The notes: generated by a model not told the origin, from the sequence alone. 64,000 nt of DNA from Lama glama (GCA_028534125.1 CM052816.1:66528001-66592000), one strand, 5' to 3'. Numbered from the stretch's first letter, positions 12,994 through 29,229 are shown. Made by a program: numbers and translations.

Positions 12994-15510
12994 ATCATTG
13001 CAGACAATGTGATACCATATATAGAAAATCTCCTAAAGACACCACCAAAAAACTACTAGTAGTCATCAATGAATTTGGTAAAGTTGTAGGATACAAAATT
13101 AATATACAGAAGTATGCTGCATTTCTATACACTAAAAATGAACTATGAGAAAGAGAAATTAAGAAAACAATTCCATTTACAATTGCATCAAAAAGAATAA
13201 AATACCTAGGAATAAATCTACCTATGGAGGTAAAAGACCTGTACTCTGAAAACTATAAGACATTGATGAAAGAAAATGAAGAAGACACAAACAGATGGAA
13301 AGATATACTGTGTTCATGGACTGGAAAAATTAATACTGTTAGAATGACCATACTCCCCAAGGCAATATACAGATTCAGTGCAATCTCTATCAAAATACCA
13401 AGCACATTTTTCCATGGAACTAGAATAAATAACTCTAAAATTTGTACAGGAACACAAAGGCCTCGAATAGCCAAAACAACCTTGAGAAAGAAGAACAAAG
13501 CTGGAGGTATTATACTCCTTAATTTCAAGCTACACTACAAAGCTACAGTCATCAGAACAGGATGGTACTGGCACAAACACACACATATATCAATGGAACA
13601 GAATAGAGAGCCCAGAAATTGACCCATGCTTATATGGACAATTAATCTATGACAGAGGAGGCAAGAATATACAATGGGGAAAAGACAGCTTCTTCCATAA
13701 ATGGTTTTGGGAAAACTGGACTGCCACATACAAAAGAATAAAACTGGACCACTCTCACAACATGCACAAAAATAAACTCAAGCTGGGTTAAAGACTTAAA
13801 TTTAAGACCTGGAACCATTAAACTTCCAGAAGAAAACAAAGGCAGTATGCTTTCTGACATTGGTCTTAGTAATATTTTTTGGATATGTCTCTTCAGGCAA
13901 GGGAAAAAAAGCAAAATAAACAGAACTACGTGAAACTAAAAACTTTTGCACAGAGAAGGAAACTATTGACAAAACAAAAAGATCAATTACTGAATGAGAG
14001 AAGATATTTGCAATGAAGTATTTGATAAAGAGTTAATACCTAAAATATACAAAGAACTCACACAACTCAACATCAAAAAAAAAAACGATTAAAAAATGGA
14101 CAGATCTGAACAGACATTTTCCCAAAGAAGACAAACAGATGGCCAACAGGCACATGAAAAGATGCTCAGCATTACTAACCATCAGGGAAATGCAAATCAA
14201 AACCACAATGAGATGCCACTTCACATCTGCCAGAACAGATATTATCAAAAAGAAAAGTAACAAATGTTGGCAAGGATATGGAGAAAAGGGAACCTTCTTG
14301 CACTGCTGGGAATGTAAACTGATGCAGTCATGATGGAAAACAGTATGGAGGTTCCTCAAAAAGACAGAACTACCATACAATTGAGCAATTCCACTCCTAG
14401 GTACTTATCCAAAGAAAATGAAAATACCAACTAGAAAAGATTTATGCACCCCTATGTCACTGCAGCATTGTTTACATTAGCCAAGATATGGAAGCAACCT
14501 AAGTGCCCATCAATAGATGAATGGATAATGAAAGATGTGGGGTGTGTGTGCGTGTCTGTATACATATACATACAGATATACACTACATTGATATACATAT
14601 ATAGAGACATATACATATATACTCAATGGAATAAAAAAGAATGAAATTTTGCCATTTGTGACAACATGGATGCACCTAGAAGGTGTTATGCTCAGTGAAA
14701 GAAGTCAGACAGAGAAAGACAAAGACTGTATGATTTCACTTCTATGTGGAATCTAAAGAACAAAACAAATGAACAAACATAACTAAACAGAAATAGAGTT
14801 ATAGATAGAGAACAAACACATGGTTGCCAGACTGGGGATGAGGGTCAGAAAGAAATAGATGATTGAGCTTAAGAAGTACAAACTTTCATTTGCAAAGTAA
14901 ATGAATTACGGGTACAAAATGTACCGTGTGGAAAATATAGTCAATAACTAGGTAATATCTTTGTATGGTGACAGATTGTAACTAGATTATGGTGGCGATC
15001 ATTTTGAAATGTAAGGAAATATGTTGTGTAACAGGTATGTATACACTATGTTGTATAATAAGAACTAATATAGTGTTGTGAGTTAATTTTACTTCAAAAA
15101 TAAGACAAATATGCAAACAAACTCAGAAAAAGTGATCAGATTTGTGGTTACCAGAGGTAGCACGTGGGGCGAAGGGAATTGCACGAAGGCAGTCAAAAGG
15201 TTCAAACTTCCAGTAATGAGATAAATTAGTAGGGATGTAATGTATAACATAATAAATATAATTAACACTGTTGTAAGTTATATATGAAAGTTGTTAAAGA
15301 GTAAGTCCCAAGAGTTCTCATCACAAGGAAAAATACTTTTTTCTATTTCTTTAATTTTGTATCTGTATGAGATGATGGATATTCACTAAACTTACTGAAA
15401 TAATCATTTCATGATGTATGTAAGTGAAATCATCACACTGCACACCTTAAACCTATACAGTACTATATGTCAATAATATCGCAACAGAACCAGAAGAAGA
15501 AAAAAATGTT
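12994..15510 (+). mobile_element. L1 ORF2 (RT to C-terminus, disrupted) plus 3'UTR(s)
   Basis: FADD-like remnant at about 12998; ORF 13224-13622 EVKDLYSENYKTLMKE...WKDILCSW...ILPKAIYRF is L1 ORF2; many stops and frameshifts. Confidence 0.95.
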
Positions 15511-16011
15511 TTAAATGAGCAAGAAATTCAGAAGTATATGTGTAGAAGATAAGCAAACTGTAAGAATTCAAAAAGGGAAGAGAGAAAGATGTTCTTTAAA
15601 AAATTATTTTCAAGATGTCAATGAGACAAAAGGTTTTCACTTCCAAGAATGAGGAAAAGCTAAAACATCTTTTGCTTGCTTTTGTGTTATAGTCACTTAA
15701 TAACTTGTTTTTTACTTATAAAATTTTAAATAAACTGACTTTAGAAAATAATTGTTCCATTTAAGATAGATTCAAAAGTGAGATTACTTCTTATGTTGCT
15801 CCTACACTACGCAATGACATGGTGGGTATAACTTACAGGAACAGCTTTCAAACAACCTTAAAAACTTTGTTAACACTGATTAGCATTATCATCTTGTACC
15901 AGTAGAGGGAGATGTAAGTCCACTGGAATCAATCAGTCGTTTTGATTTGTGCAGCAGTAAATGGAGGGGGAAGGAGAGTTGCTCTCAAATACTGTTATTA
16001 CCATATCCAGA

Positions 16012-16056
16012 AGATAGATAGATGGATAGGTAGGTAGGTACGTAGACAGGCAGATA
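16012..16056. repeat. (AGAT)/(AGGT) tetranucleotide repeat
   Basis: agatagatagatggataggtaggtaggtacgtagacaggcagata. Confidence 0.8.
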
Positions 16057-16689
16057 AATAAATAAAAGTTTTGGTAAAATATTTTGATAAATGTACAATA
16101 TTAACCTTCATCAAAGATTACTGGCATGATTTGCCACAGTTTTGTCCACTTACAAAATGCCAGTATGTCAAAATGAAAGTAACATAAAAGATATTTAACA
16201 TACTTAATATTTAGATTTAAATCCTAATGTAACTTTTTCTTTTATGTTCATTAAGTTGCTTTTCAAAAAGTTAGATATTAAATTTAAATATCCAATTACA
16301 TATGTTGTGGTGAATATAAAATGAGGTTGGGGTTCTTTTCACCTTCTAGACTGAAACCTTAGATGCCCAGGATACTTCACTGCAGACTTAACATGCCCAG
16401 CCTAGCTCTGCAGACTCTTGGCAATGTACTCAGGTATCAAAATGTTCTTCTCATTGTCTCACTTCATTATGAAGTCTAAGTCATCACGCTGGTCAGAAAA
16501 GTTTATTTTTTTAACCTGGATTTAAGGTACTCATGATTGGACTAATCATACACCTTGGCTCATGACACAATTATCATTGGTTTCTCCAGGCATGCATGCC
16601 CCTTTGAGTGTTCCCACAATCCAATTTAAAAACTGAGTCATTGACAATAACTTTTCTAGACCTGCATATTCCTTCCCTCTCTTATATCC

Positions 16690-17522
16690 CTCACCTCACT
16701 CATACAAGGTAATGATTATCTTAAATGTTGTGTTTAACGTTTCCAAGTTTTTTAAAAAATAGTATTTTAAACCAATACATATGTATCTGTAAACAAGATA
16801 TTTAGTTCTTGAATTTTATAAAAAGAGTAACCTTTAATTTGCCTTTTTAGAAACTCAACATTAAAATTTATTCATACTGATGTGGATATCCGTAATTCAC
16901 TGATTTTCACATAACATCCATCACGTGTATGTACCACGATTTGCTTATCCATCCTTCTATCTTATGGGCATTCGTTTTGTGTTCAGTTTTTTTCGCTACC
17001 ACTACAAGTGCTGCCATGGCTATGCTTGTTTATGTCTCCTGGTGCATACGTGCAAGCACGTCTCTTGCTGGGTTGCAAGGTGTACAAACGATCAACTTTC
17101 TCTCCCAGCAAAACCGTCGAAGCAAGTTGTTGATTGACATTCTTCCCATCACTTGATAGTTTAAGGCTTCCTAATTTTTACCTATTGAATGAATTTACAT
17201 GGTCTTGATTTGTATTTCCCTGATCATTAATGAGACTCTCATCTTATTTATTGACTATCAGTATTTCCTTTTCTATGAAATGCTTATTTACGTCTTTCAC
17301 TCATCTTTCTGTGGGGTCATTTTTCTTACCAATTTGTAAGAGCTCTATATATTCTTGTGCTAATTCGTTGTTGGTCATAAGTATGCAAATATCTCTACCA
17401 ATTTATAACCTGTCTTTTTACTTTAAAGTGTCTTCTGATGAATAAAATTTCTTAATTTTAATTTAGCAAAATTTATCAATTTCTTTTTCTAGAGTTAATG
17501 GGTTTCCCATGTTAAGAAATCT
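16690..17522 (-). mobile_element. Old L1ME-like fragment (resumes at about 19050-19160 and 19560-19930)
   Basis: Degraded antisense L1 3' region split by a younger L1 and a MaLR LTR. Confidence 0.7.
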
Positions 17523-19050
17523 GTTCTTTTTTTAAAGAGACTATCCTTTCCCCAGAATATATTTTTGGATATGTATAAAGGATGGTCTCTCCAGTAATGC
17601 TGCTGGAAAACTGAACAACCACATGCAAAACAATGAAACTGGACCATACACAATACATGATACACTTATACCATATACAAAAATCAACTCAAAACTGATT
17701 AAAGATAGACAGTTAATTAATGTAAGATCAGAAACCATAAAAATCCTAGAATAAAACATGGGAATAAGCTCCCTGATGTTGGTCTTGGCAATGATTTTTT
17801 TGGATTTGACAACAGAAGCAAAGTCAACAAAAGCAAAAATAAACAAGTGGGACCACACCAAACTAAAAAGCTTCTGCACAATAAAGGAAATTATCAACAA
17901 AATGAAAAGGCAACCTACAGAATGAGAGAAAATATTTTCAAATCATATATCTAAAAAGAGATTAGTGTGCAAAATATATAAAGAACTCATACAACTCAAC
18001 AGTAAAGAGACAATCCAATTAAAAATGAGCAGAATACTTGAATAGACATCTCCCACAGAAGACATACAAATGAACAATAGGTACATGAAAAGATGCTCAA
18101 CATCACTAATCACCAGGGAAAGTCAAACCCAAACCACAGTGAGTTACCGTCTCACACCTGTTTAGAATGGCTATTATCAAAAAGACAAACAAGCGTTAGC
18201 GAGGATGTGGAGAAAAGGAAAACTTTATGCACTGTTGGCGGGAATATAAATTGTCACAATCACTATGGAAAACAGAATGAAGATTCCTCCAAAAATTAAA
18301 TATAGAACTACCAAATGATCCAGTAATTCCACTTTTGGGTATATATCCAAAGGAAATAAACTCTTAGTCTTGAAGAGCTATCTGTATTCTCACGTTCGTG
18401 GAAGCATTATTCATGACAGCCAAGGTATGCAAACAACCTAACAGTCCACCAACAGAGGAATGGATAAAGAAAATGTGATATACATACATACATACATACA
18501 TCTGTGTGTGTGTGTATGTACATATATATATACATATACACATGTACACAATGGAATATAATTCATCCATAAAACAGAAGGAAATTCTGCCATTCCAAAC
18601 AACATGGATGGACCTTGAGGCAATTATGTTAAGTGAAGTAAGTCAGACAGAAAAAGACAAATACTATATATTCCCATTTGTATGTGGAATCTAAAAAAAA
18701 AAGAACTCATAGATACAGAGAACAGACTGGTGGTTGACAGAAGTGAGGGGAGGCAGGCAAAATGGGTAAAGGGGGTCAAAAGGTACAAACTTCCTATTAT
18801 AAGATAAGTGAGTTCTAGGGATGTAACGTACAGCATAATGACTCTAGTTAAAAATACAATATTTATATCTGAATATTGCTGAGCAAGCAGATCTTAAAAT
18901 TTCTTATCACCAGAAAAAATTCACAACTATGTGTGGTGATGTAAACTGTGTTAGCCATTCCACAATATATATGAATATCAAATCATTATACTGTACCTGT
19001 AAAACTAATACAATGTTATATGTCAACTCTATTGCAATAAAAAAAAATCT
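17523..19050 (+). mobile_element. 5'-truncated L1 (ORF2 3' part and L1MA9-like 3'UTR) with a short 5' inversion
   Basis: ORF2 C-terminal remnants, (TACA)n/(TG)n expansion at about 18478-18545, polyA at about 19037-19047, candidate TSD AAGAAATCT/AAAAAATCT. Confidence 0.92.
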
Positions 19051-19164
19051 TTCCCTAGCCTATGCTCAGAACATTGGTTGCCTGTATTTCCTACTGATAT
19101 GTTGTCTTGTTATTATTCTTTAAGTCCTTACTTCATCTGAAGTAGATTTTATGTACATGGTGTG

Positions 19165-19552
19165 TGCTATGGACTGAATTGTTTCCCCTCAAAATTCGTA
19201 TCTTTAAGCCCTAACCCCAGTACCTCAGCATGTGACTGTATTCAGAGACAAGGCCTTTAAAGAGGTTAAATGCAGTTATTTGGGTGAGTTCCAGGCCAAT
19301 CTAACTGCTGTCCTTATAATAAGAAATTTGGCCTACAAGGGGACACCAGGGCTGCTCTCTCACATAAGGAAGGAACACCATCTTCTGTGTCCTCCCATGA
19401 TCTGCAAGTCAAAGACAGACGTCGCAGGAGAAACCAAGCCTGCCCAACCTTGGTCCTCGACTTCCAGCGTCCGCAACTGTGAGAAAATTAATTTCTGTTG
19501 TTTAAGTCCCGATCTGTAGTATTCTGTTAGAGCAGCCCTAGAAAACTAACAG
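19165..19552 (+). mobile_element. Solo MaLR LTR (MLT1A/MST-like)
   Basis: tgctatggactgaattgtttcccctcaaaattc...aactgtgagaaaattaatttctgttgtttaag...gcagccctagaaaactaaca. Confidence 0.88.
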
Positions 19553-20525
19553 TGAGAGATATGAATTTCATTTTTTAATATGGTAAAACCATTTGTTTCT
19601 AGTTCCACTTACTTAAGTCTTTCCTTTCCTCACTGATCTATCACCCCCTTCCTCTGCCATATGTCAAAGTTCCCTACATATGAGGATCTATTCCTATGCT
19701 CTTTATTCTATTTCATTGGTCATTCCATCCCTGTGAGAGGAACCAACTTTCCTAATTGCTATGCCTTCCTTACAAGTCATGATAGCTAGTAGAGAAAGAC
19801 TTCCTTTCTAATTCTTCTTGAAAGTGACTTTGTTATGTTCGATCACTTACACTTTCGTATAAACTTTACAACCAGCTGGTCAAGTTTCACTAAAAATCCT
19901 ATTGGGACTTTACTCGTAATTCCATTAAATCTACGGAACTACAAACAAATATTTTGTAATTAAATATTTATCCCCATTGGAAAGTACATCTGTTGCCTTT
20001 TTTTGTTCTAGGAACAATAATTTTGGTTATCGTCCACATGATGGCACCAAAATCCAAAAAATCAGATTCTCACAGTTGGACAGAAGACCCTGTAACACAT
20101 ATACATGTTAATATTTTACTAACTGCTCAAATGTTTCGGAGGATAGACCTGAATTTCCCATGGAATGTTCAACAGTCTATCAAATGTTGCAGTAAAGACA
20201 TGTACAATAGTAATGATAAAGAATGGAAATAATGAAAAATACCATGACTATTCATGGTCCTTTTATCTCAGAAAGTCATTAACAAACGTAGTTTTAAAAG
20301 TTCACTATCAACTAAGACATGTGCACAATTAGCTCTGGAAATTTAGATATTTTCTTAACCAGCAAGCCTACTATAGGCTAGTAAATAAGTGCATAAATCT
20401 GGGGAGCAAAGGTCACTCCTAGGTTTATGAAGAGTAGGATTAGGTAATTCTTCATTTCCACCCCTAGGCCCATCCTTTATTCCAGCCCTGATAAGCCTAG
20501 GGTAAAGTCTATTTTCACTTACGAG

Positions 20526-20545
20526 AAGCATGCCTGGGCTTGCCC
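20526..20545. promoter_or_regulatory. p53 response element (two perfect half-sites, no spacer)
   Basis: AAGCATGCCT GGGCTTGCCC = 20/20 match to RRRCWWGYYY x2; PLK2 is an established p53 target gene. Confidence 0.9.
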
Positions 20546-20839
20546 TGAACTGTTTACAGAATCAAAAAGGAAGAGACACAGAAGACTTTCCCTTTTCACT
20601 TTGTAATGACAACAAAACTCCCTACTACATTGCCTTGGAAGTATTTGAGACAGAATGTCTTTGAAAATGTGTAACTGAAACTATGCATATCTAAACTTAA
20701 TGGCGGACTGGAGTCAACCCTTTTTCTAAGTACCTTCGAGAAGATTATTAATCTGGTATTTTAAATGGCGTTGGAAGTTAGCATCAAAAAAACTGTTTAC
20801 CACATCTTAGATTAAAAAATTTGTCTATTGCTAATTTAC

Positions 20840-20990
20840 ATAACCTGGACGATCTACTAAGTATTACATTCTTTCAACCTCAGTTTCCTCATCTGTAGAA
20901 TGAGAATAACTATTTCCCACTCAGAACTGATGTAGAATAAAATAAGGTATTTCAAAATGGTGCTGCGCACACAAGTGCACTATTGTCATT
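20840..20990 (+). mobile_element. MIR SINE
   Basis: Core cctcagtttcctcatctgtagaatgagaataa. Confidence 0.8.
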
Positions 20991-21943
20991 AGAGTAAAAA
21001 AAAATAGTGTTTCTAGGTTAATAAATCTTAATTGTAAAATGTGGAAATAGGAAACAAAGCCACGTTTCAGCTTACCTGGCTATGCTCCTCCCTCGTGCTA
21101 CCAATAACCTTCACTTCAAAGGACTGACCAGCGAAGTGATAGATGACTCTGAGTGTAAAACCATAATAAGCACCAGGAGCGCTTTTAACACCACTTACTG
21201 TCAAAGAAGGCCCACCTAGTCCTTAACCGCTGCCCACTAGGACGGCTACTTGCGCTTCCAGAACATTCCACGAGATGGCGCCTTTGCCTCCCAGTTTTCG
21301 GGCAACCCGAAGGCTAAGCCTTCGCAGGGCACCGGCCTCCCTCTCCAAGGTTAAGGGCCTGCCTCCGACAAAGGTCCACTCTACGGTGATGGGCAGAGGT
21401 TACCCGGGCCTCAGTGGGACTCAGCCACCGCCGGCCGCTCGGCCGTGGCCACAGTCCGCCTCACTGGAAAGCGGCGGTGAGTTCGAACACCCTGCTCTGC
21501 AAACCCTGCCTTTTACCCGCACGGCCTCCCCGCGGTGCCCGCTCCAGACGAGAGCTAGCGGGGTAAGAGCGCGCGGGCAGCACGCAAGCCCTCCAGAGGC
21601 CCTGGAATCGGAGGCCTCAGGAGCCGGTGCCGCGGACCCCGGGCACACTCCCACCCTGACACCCGAGGCGTCAGGTGGTGGGCGGTCGCGAAGGGCGGTG
21701 CGGGGGAGGGGACCTGCGATTACCGAAGCGCCCGGCCACCGGGCGGCTGGGGAGGGGCCCGGCGTGGGCCCTCGAGTTGCTATTTTAAACCCAGAAGCTC
21801 TGAGGGTTCCAAGACTACGGTCGCGGTGAGCGCTCCCCACAGCCGGCGCGCTGACCCTGCCGCCCCCGTCAGCGCGCCGCTCGGAGACTGGACGCCGAAC
21901 GCCCAACGCGACCTCCCACTCGGCCCCGCGCTCGGGCGGCCGG

Positions 21944-22010
21944 GGGGCGGGGCGTCGCCGTGACGTCGTATCCCGTTTCGATTCTCCGCCCGCTCCCAGC
22001 CCGTATATAA
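21944..22010 (+). promoter_or_regulatory. PLK2 core promoter: GC box (21944-21952), CRE-like TGACGTCG (21961-21968), TATA box TATATAA (22004-22010)
   Basis: Motifs read directly, in the usual order for an immediate-early gene; TSS inferred near 22035. Confidence 0.85.
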
Positions 22011-22160
22011 GACTTGGGCTGGCCTTCGCACTCGCACAAGTGGACGAAGGCGTCGGGCGCGGGAGGTTGGCGGCGGCGGGGACTCAAAGGCAAGGGCCGG
22101 CTCGGACGCGTGTCCGCGTCTCGGAGGTGGCAGCTGGCGGTGCCGGGCGGCGAGGCGACC

Positions 22161-27401
<5,241 letters not shown>

Positions 27402-27995
27402 AAGACTATTTGAATGGACCCTATGGGACTCCTCTTTTCCACTGTGAGATCTACAGGGAAGCCAGTAGAATGATCTACAGCACGTTGAAGCAGACGGACA
27501 GGTGGTGGTACGAAAATAGTCCCTCTGTGGCCTGCTGGACTTGGTGGGACCAGAGCAGGCCGAGGCCTACAGTTCTTGACTTCGGACAATCTGAGAGTGA
27601 ACCCGAATGCAGTTTTCCTTGACATACCTGTTTTAAAAGGTTTTCAGATAATTTCGCAGAAAGGTGCATTGACTCTTAACTTCTCTCTGTTGAGAGCTTT
27701 TCAGACAGAGGACTTGGAGCTGTGAATATACTTCCTGAAGGGGAGGGAGAAGGGAGGACACTCCCATGTTGTTTAAAGGCTGTAATCAGAGCAGCTTTTG
27801 GCTGCTTAACTGTGAACTATGGCCATATATAATTTTTTTTTGTTAATTTTTGAAGACACTTGTGGCTGGAGAAGTGCATTCCTTGTTAATAAACTTTTTA
27901 TTTATTACAGCCCAAAGAGCAGTATTTATTATCAATTTTTTTTATGTTGACCACTTTAAACTGTTGGCAATAAAGAGTCTGAAAAAGCAGAAGCA
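27402..27995 (+). other. PLK2: PLK2 3'UTR with miRNA seed sites, ARE and CPE-like motif
   Basis: Lies between the stop codon and the AATAAA signals; contains ACTGTGA/CTGTGAA/ACTGTGAA, GGTACGA and TTATTTATT; 3' end inferred. Confidence 0.8.
27888..27974 (+). terminator. Tandem polyadenylation signals AATAAA at 27888-27893 and 27969-27974
   Basis: Two canonical hexamers after the last exon; which one is used cannot be determined from sequence. Confidence 0.75.
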
Positions 27996-29229
27996 GCGGT
28001 CTCCTGTTTCTGATATGACACCAGCACCGCAGCCCGGCAGCGCATGGTGGTCATGCACTCCTGGCACTCTTTGACATGACACTGAGCATAGAAGCGTACT
28101 AGAAAGTTAGGTCTTTAATTTTTCTAATAAGAGTTTCTAGGGAGTCAGTCTTTAATACTTTAAGGTATTAAAATACCCTGAGTATTTAATACCCTCTGGG
28201 CAGATCTAGCTGGAGAAGAGTATGCCAAAAATACCACTCTTGTCACCACTGGAATAGAGGCCTCCTACGAAATCCCAAACCAATGTCTCTGGAGTATTTC
28301 CCCAAAACTCATTTAGCTTGGAGCTGCAAGCTAGAGTAATCCTGTGTAAGCAACCTCTGTTATTACATGTCAATAGATAACAGGAAATTTATCTTAGTAT
28401 GGGCAAAACTCTAGCCTTTATAATATTTGCACCACCTCGATGTATTTCTCAGCTTAAAGCTGCCTGAATGCTTCCAGTGCCGCTAGCGGGACTAACTCAG
28501 AATTCCAGCAGTAAGAAGTACTTTGTGAACAAATTGCTCTATTTTCATCCTGGTGCATGGAAGATGAGGAATGGTATGGTTCCCACGCTGTGGTTTTAAG
28601 CCCATCTTTAAACTATCAAATTATCCAAGAGGCAAATCCAAGAAGTTTGTCTCCTTCAGTGGGATCTCCTCTTTGACAGGTGTATAGAGTTGCTCATTCG
28701 TTAACTCTGAACTTCCAGTGACCTGTATAAAATGCAAATACTTTTTTTGTTCAATTGTAATCCTACTGTAAGGAAAACACTATTCTGAGAAAAGCAGGAC
28801 CCTTTCATGAATTAAGTCTCTGTTTGCACTGGGGTCCTGTACAGTGTAGTGTAGAGATGGTGGTTGTATACGTCTACAGTTTTGTAAAAGTATTACAGAC
28901 CACACTTGATGTATTTTATTGATAAAAGTCAAATCTGGAGAATTGCTTTTGGAGATCTCAGTTACTAGATTAACTCCTGCTGACTGGAGTCCTCTGGCCA
29001 TGTGCAAAACTTCAGTCTTTGTCATGTGGTTTATAGACATAGCTGAAGAAAATAGTATGAGCTGAAGAAAACGGGATAATCTCACTAATAGCTGGGTGTG
29101 CAAAAGCAGAATCTATTTTTATCCTTATGAATGGAGAAGTAAAAATAGGAGTTTGCAAATAGTAAAAAATGTGCTTTCATTTTGAGAGTCACGATGTTAG
29201 ATTGTGTATTACTTCACAGTTGCACAATA

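Noticed and set aside
13224..14644. ORFs with reverse-transcriptase-related sequence
   Set aside because: Fragments of a dead L1 ORF2 with many stops and frameshifts; not a domesticated gene or novel retroelement system.
21680..21770. G-quadruplex-like G-run clusters in the promoter
   Set aside because: Each needs a loop longer than 7 nt; commonplace in CpG islands.
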